IMG/VR virus record: IMGVR_UViG_3300012060_000014
Span: 1-17,171 of that record
Length of the DNA: 17,171 bases
Strand: one strand, 5' to 3'
DNA from: a virus
In this document: positions 14,373-17,171 of the stretch, piece by piece
Layout of the letters: each line of letters begins with the position of its first letter
Numbering within the stretch: the stretch's first letter is position 1
Notes under the pieces: model-generated
Databases searched by the model: none
Told to the model about the DNA's origin: nothing
The model's input: only the letters and a program-made list of their open reading frames with translations
Translations under genes and position numbers: made by a program

Positions 14373-15304
14373 TATTGAATATCCACTTCCTTTTTAAATA
14401 TATTTCTTTGGGTTTCCTTGTCGTTGTCGTATATGACTTTTATATCATAACCATAACGTTTATTCAGTAAATCAAATGATGATTGTCTTGATTTTATGTA
14501 TATGTTTGCCATTGCCAATACCAACTCATTATTTGCGTTGATTTCCTCAGATGATATACCGGATTCTTTAGCAATTCCAAATGAATTTATACCTAATATC
14601 TGACACATTTCTGCAAGCACTGTGTTATATTCCTGTTTTAATGTTGTCATTAATTCGGCAATTACGGCAGTGTGTTCAAGTACTCCAATGTTCTTGTCAA
14701 TGTCAAAATTCTTTGCTAATTTCAGGAATGGAGAACCGTTGTAGAATTTCTGAACAACTTGATTCAGTGTTTCGTCATTTTTATCACCCTTGAAGTACGT
14801 AAGACATTTTGCCTGCACTATTAGTGACATTCTTGACGCTTCAATTTCACATAACTTTCTTGCGTAATGAGAAATGATTTTTATGTCGGAAATTGAATAG
14901 TATTCCTGATTTGAAATTACTATGTAATTCCCTGTAGCACAGTTGTCAAGTAGTGAAATTCTTTTATATTCCTTTTCCCTCAAATTTTCTGGGATTGTGA
15001 ATATGATTTTATTTTCATTTTGCGGTCGGAAATCATCGAATTGAAAATTCCTATGATTTGAATATCCAAGAATGGTTATCGTTCCGATATTTGTTTTTCC
15101 TATTGCTACATCTTTCCCACATCGTAAAAGATGTTCTAAACGATGTGGGTCAACCTGTATTGTATCGAAATTTTCATAAGAGATTGTAGAAATCAGAGCC
15201 TTGAAAGTTCTGTCAATCATCAATCTCAAATGATTATTCCGATGTGAGATTATCTTTTTTTCTAAGTCTTCTGATAATTCAATGTCTAAACCGTCAATGT
15301 TCAT
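14372..15304 (-). CDS. Portal (upper collar) protein, phi29 gp10-like
   Basis: 310 aa (gp10 is about 309 aa). YENFDTIQVDPHRLEHLL matches gp10 WENLPPTINPSFLEKSI. FYNGSPFLKL matches YEGNAPVIFA. LAEMCQILGIN...EEINANNE matches NEMMTFLGIKN...DEVSSNDE. All gp10 strings are from memory. Confidence 0.85.
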   Translation of the reverse strand: MNIDGLDIELSEDLEKKIISHRNNHLRLMIDRTFKALISTISYENFDTIQVDPHRLEHLLRCGKDVAIGKTNIGTITILGYSNHRNFQFDDFRPQNENKIIFTIPENLREKEYKRISLLDNCATGNYIVISNQEYYSISDIKIISHYARKLCEIEASRMSLIVQAKCLTYFKGDKNDETLNQVVQKFYNGSPFLKLAKNFDIDKNIGVLEHTAVIAELMTTLKQEYNTVLAEMCQILGINSFGIAKESGISSEEINANNELVLAMANIYIKSRQSSFDLLNKRYGYDIKVIYDNDKETQRNIFKKEVDIQ

Positions 15305-15308
15305 ATTA

Positions 15309-16463
15309 TCACCCTGTAATTAAGATTTTGTTGTAGAATGGCGAAACGGCTTTCTGTGAGTAGTAATGGAAAAAGTGGGTTGTTTCGTCCATATCTCCAT
15401 TATAGAACGGTTCCTTGATCATGTCTTTGGTACAGCGTCTATACCGGATTGAACGAATGTCCATTATCATAGCAAAAAGATCATTGCCCGGTTTGATTTC
15501 TGTCAATTTAGATGCAATTGACGTAACCGATGTGAGGTCGAATGTGAAAACGGTTCCTTTTTCGATTATGTCACCTACATCGACCTGATAATCGCCGTAT
15601 GCCCTTGCAAGATTTACGAAATCCTGATCAACTGTGATATCATCGGTTAATCTCCATGCACCGCCCAAATCATCAAATGAACACACTCTTTGCATGAAAT
15701 CAAGTCCGGCAACCTGAAAAGTGTTAGCGATTTTTGTATCAAGTAAGTACGTTTTGATCTTGTCGGTTGTTAAAATCATTGTGTTTTTCAGTGCAGATTG
15801 AGTTGTATACCTGCCGATAGTTCCATTAGATGCGTTGACTGCTTCATTGTATTTTGCTGAATTGTTCTGAATGTTCTGAATTGACTCAAAACAAGAAGTT
15901 GCCAAATCAGACATATTTGTTACATTTCTTTTTACGGCTACCTGACTAATAGCATAATCAACAAGCATTGCTTTTATTTCTGATTCTTCCGCAACGTTGA
16001 AACCAGAAATGATATTTCTAAATGCCGATAATACAAAATTCACGCCGTCAATAAGCGTTGAAAAATTCAGACGCATATCATTGTTGTTGAGAGTTACTTT
16101 GTTTTTCTTTACTTCGCCTTGTGCGTAAAGACGTGTGATGATTTGCGGATAATTCCTGCGCAAAACGATATCCGCATTTTTGGACAGATTCAGAGATACC
16201 GGAATAATATCCTTGTATGTATATTCTTCACTAAGCTGACCGATAAAATCAACTTCACGTGCAAGCCAGTTAAAGCGATTTCCTAAGTCTTTATCAATCC
16301 CCACTGATTCCGTGATCTTTGGGAAGAGAAATTTTGTTACGAATGTTTCAAAGTTGGTAGCAACATTAGACCAGTTTGTTCCCCAGTTCCATGATGTACC
16401 GTAATTTTGATTGTACATCTTTAATGCGGACGCAACTGCTGTTGTGATTGGTGATGTTGGCAT
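15309..16463 (-). CDS. Major capsid protein
   Basis: 384-aa ORF between the scaffold and the portal with a strong RBS (AAAGGAGAT). The C-terminal FAMIMDIRS...HFFHYYSQKAVSPF loosely parallels phi29 gp8 WFMVYDNLH...YYYHVWQTLSVSRF. Assigned mainly by synteny and size. Confidence 0.8.
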   Translation of the reverse strand: MPTSPITTAVASALKMYNQNYGTSWNWGTNWSNVATNFETFVTKFLFPKITESVGIDKDLGNRFNWLAREVDFIGQLSEEYTYKDIIPVSLNLSKNADIVLRRNYPQIITRLYAQGEVKKNKVTLNNNDMRLNFSTLIDGVNFVLSAFRNIISGFNVAEESEIKAMLVDYAISQVAVKRNVTNMSDLATSCFESIQNIQNNSAKYNEAVNASNGTIGRYTTQSALKNTMILTTDKIKTYLLDTKIANTFQVAGLDFMQRVCSFDDLGGAWRLTDDITVDQDFVNLARAYGDYQVDVGDIIEKGTVFTFDLTSVTSIASKLTEIKPGNDLFAMIMDIRSIRYRRCTKDMIKEPFYNGDMDETTHFFHYYSQKAVSPFYNKILITG

Positions 16464-16478
16464 AGTTTTATCTCCTTT

Positions 16479-16742
16479 TTAAAAGTCCTGCAAAAGTTTT
16501 TCTAACTCTTCTGCTTCTGCATCGGTTACTGTTACTTCTGTTTCATTGTCCTTGTCTTTGTCATTGTCTTTGTCATTGTCTTTGTCATTGTCTTTGCCAG
16601 AGTCGTTTCCAGTCGTTTGCAATGACGTAATTATTTCAGATTGCTTTGTGACAGTTGTTTCTAGTTCTTTGTTTTTCGTTTCGAGTGCTGTCACTTTTTC
16701 ACTGACTTTTTTCATGTCAGCCATGAATTCCTGTAGTGTCAT
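16479..16742 (-). CDS. Scaffolding protein (87 aa from ATG 16742)
   Basis: It lies directly upstream of the capsid gene, in the phi29 gp7 position. It has a coiled-coil-like N-half, a (KDND)n repeat and an acidic C-terminus. ATG 16742 has RBS AGGGGG 8 nt upstream. The track start at 16781 is a GTG with no RBS. Confidence 0.7.
   Translation of the reverse strand: MTLQEFMADMKKVSEKVTALETKNKELETTVTKQSEIITSLQTTGNDSGKDNDKDNDKDNDKDKDNETEVTVTDAEAEELEKLLQDF
16544..16597. repeat. 12-bp tandem repeat inside the scaffold gene
   Basis: GTCATTGTCTTT occurs three times exactly (16560-16595), preceded by a degenerate unit. On the - strand it encodes GKDNDKDNDKDNDKDKDNE. Confidence 0.9.
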
Positions 16743-16788
16743 TTTTATCAACCCCCTAAATTTTATTTTCGCTGCTGCCACTGTAATA

Positions 16789-16935
16789 TTAATTTGTTTT
16801 TGTTTTCACTGCACTTGCAAACTCGTCCGGTTGATTTGCTTGAATAGTCATTTCACTGTTCAATTCAGTTGACTTATCCATTTTTCCATCACCGTAATTG
16901 TCAGGGTTCAGAGTTCTCATCGTGTTACCTTCCAT
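16789..16935 (-). CDS. Small hypothetical protein (48 aa), first ORF of the late arm; below the ORF-track length cutoff
   Basis: Hand translation gives MEGNTMRTLNPDNYGDGKMDKSTELNSEMTIQANQPDEFASAVKTKTN. A strong RBS (AAAGGGGGTGG) lies 5 nt upstream of ATG 16935. It is about 40 nt downstream of the right-end promoter and stops at 16789-16791. Confidence 0.45.
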   Translation of the reverse strand: MEGNTMRTLNPDNYGDGKMDKSTELNSEMTIQANQPDEFASAVKTKTN

Positions 16936-16982
16936 ATGTTCCACCCCCTTTCTTTATTATACATATAATTTATATCTAATTA

Positions 16983-17011
16983 ATTATAACATGATTCGAC
17001 AAAATTTGCAA
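16983..17011 (-). promoter_or_regulatory. Right-end promoter driving the - strand structural and lysis arm
   Basis: On the - strand: TTGCAA (17011-17006), a 17-nt spacer and TATAAT (16988-16983) preceded by TGt. It matches the left promoter at 25 of 29 positions. Confidence 0.7.
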
Positions 17012-17048
17012 GCTTTAATTCTGTGAAACTTTACTGTGTTAAAGTGTC

Positions 17049-17171
17049 TCACGTCACCACACCACCACGTCACCGTACTAAAGTGCTTTAACGAATTAGC
17101 ACATTACCACGTTACCACTTTACCAGAATGTTTCACGTGAAACATTGTGGAGTAAAATTGTGTTTGATGGA
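17049..17171. repeat. Right inverted terminal repeat (123 bp)
   Basis: Exact reverse complement of 1-123. Confidence 0.97.

Noticed and set aside
14534-14540. CUGAGGA on the - strand inside the portal gene, checked as a possible third hammerhead.
   Set aside because: The downstream sequence (AAUCAACGCAAAUAAUGAG...) has no stem II hairpin and no correctly placed GAAA. It is a chance 7-mer match in coding sequence. My scan by eye for further copies was not exhaustive.
16544-16597. Short tandem repeat checked as a possible CRISPR array or other non-coding repeat array.
   Set aside because: The units are contiguous with no spacers, are 12 bp long and are in frame within the scaffold ORF. It is a coding microsatellite, not a CRISPR array.
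16743-16781. N-terminal 13-aa extension of the scaffold ORF (MAAAKIKFRGLIK) from the track start at 16781.
   Set aside because: That start is a GTG with no RBS, lying only 8 nt from the upstream stop. ATG 16742 has a strong AGGGGG RBS at proper spacing.
288-16872. Fifteen ORFs in the track that lie antisense to, or out of frame within, longer genes. They are 288-563(-), 1109-1441(-), 1622-1939(+), 2510-2779(-), 2770-2961(-), 3221-3454(-), 4267-4461(-), 5389-5577(-), 6841-7053(-), 8141-8404(+), 10014-10298(+), 11312-11557(+), 12305-12655(+), 14581-14793(+) and 16546-16872(+).
   Set aside because: All are shadow ORFs that overlap well-supported genes with recognisable products or strong RBSs. 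None has a convincing RBS of its own, and their translations are low-complexity or hydrophobic nonsense. For example, the SLSLSL run in 16546-16872 comes from the scaffold tandem repeat.
1-17171. Terminal inverted repeats considered as the ends of a transposon/IS element or of a linear plasmid.
   Set aside because: There is no transposase. The content is a full virion, lysis and packaging gene set with a protein-primed polymerase, which is typical of a phage genome with covalently capped ends.

Overview
This window is a complete, linear, visibly AT-rich dsDNA phage genome (17,171 bp) of the phi29-like, protein-primed podovirus type. Perfect 123-bp inverted terminal repeats bound it (1-123 and 17049-17171). 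The + strand early arm (274-5593) carries small ORFans, a family-B protein-primed DNA polymerase, a phi29 gp16-like encapsidation ATPase and a DnaJ-type zinc-finger miniprotein. A second + strand cassette with its own consensus promoter follows (5708-7184, five small ORFans). A GC hairpin flanked by A and T tracts (7183-7206) acts as a bidirectional terminator where this cassette meets the - strand late arm (16935 down to 7207). The late arm encodes, in order: small ORF, scaffold, major capsid, portal, lower collar, fibre, holin, LysM endolysin, second fibre, gp9-like tail knob and gp13-like tail lysin. Near-identical extended -10 sigma-A-type promoters sit just inside each ITR and face inward. 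The most interesting signal is a 37-nt element present twice on the + strand (464-500 and 6282-6318). With its flanks, each copy folds as a complete type I hammerhead self-cleaving ribozyme. The copy at 6284-6341 matches the full CUGANGA / GAAA / UH consensus. The copy at 466-525 has one core change (U4 to C). The helices covary between copies, and the catalytic core and loop II are identical. The predicted cuts (519/520 and 6335/6336) would split both + strand polycistronic mRNAs just upstream of ribosome-binding sites. I saw no integrase, repressor, tRNA, CRISPR array, recognisable terminal protein or pRNA gene. All protein calls rest on motifs read by eye and on synteny with phi29 recalled from memory. 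No searches were run.
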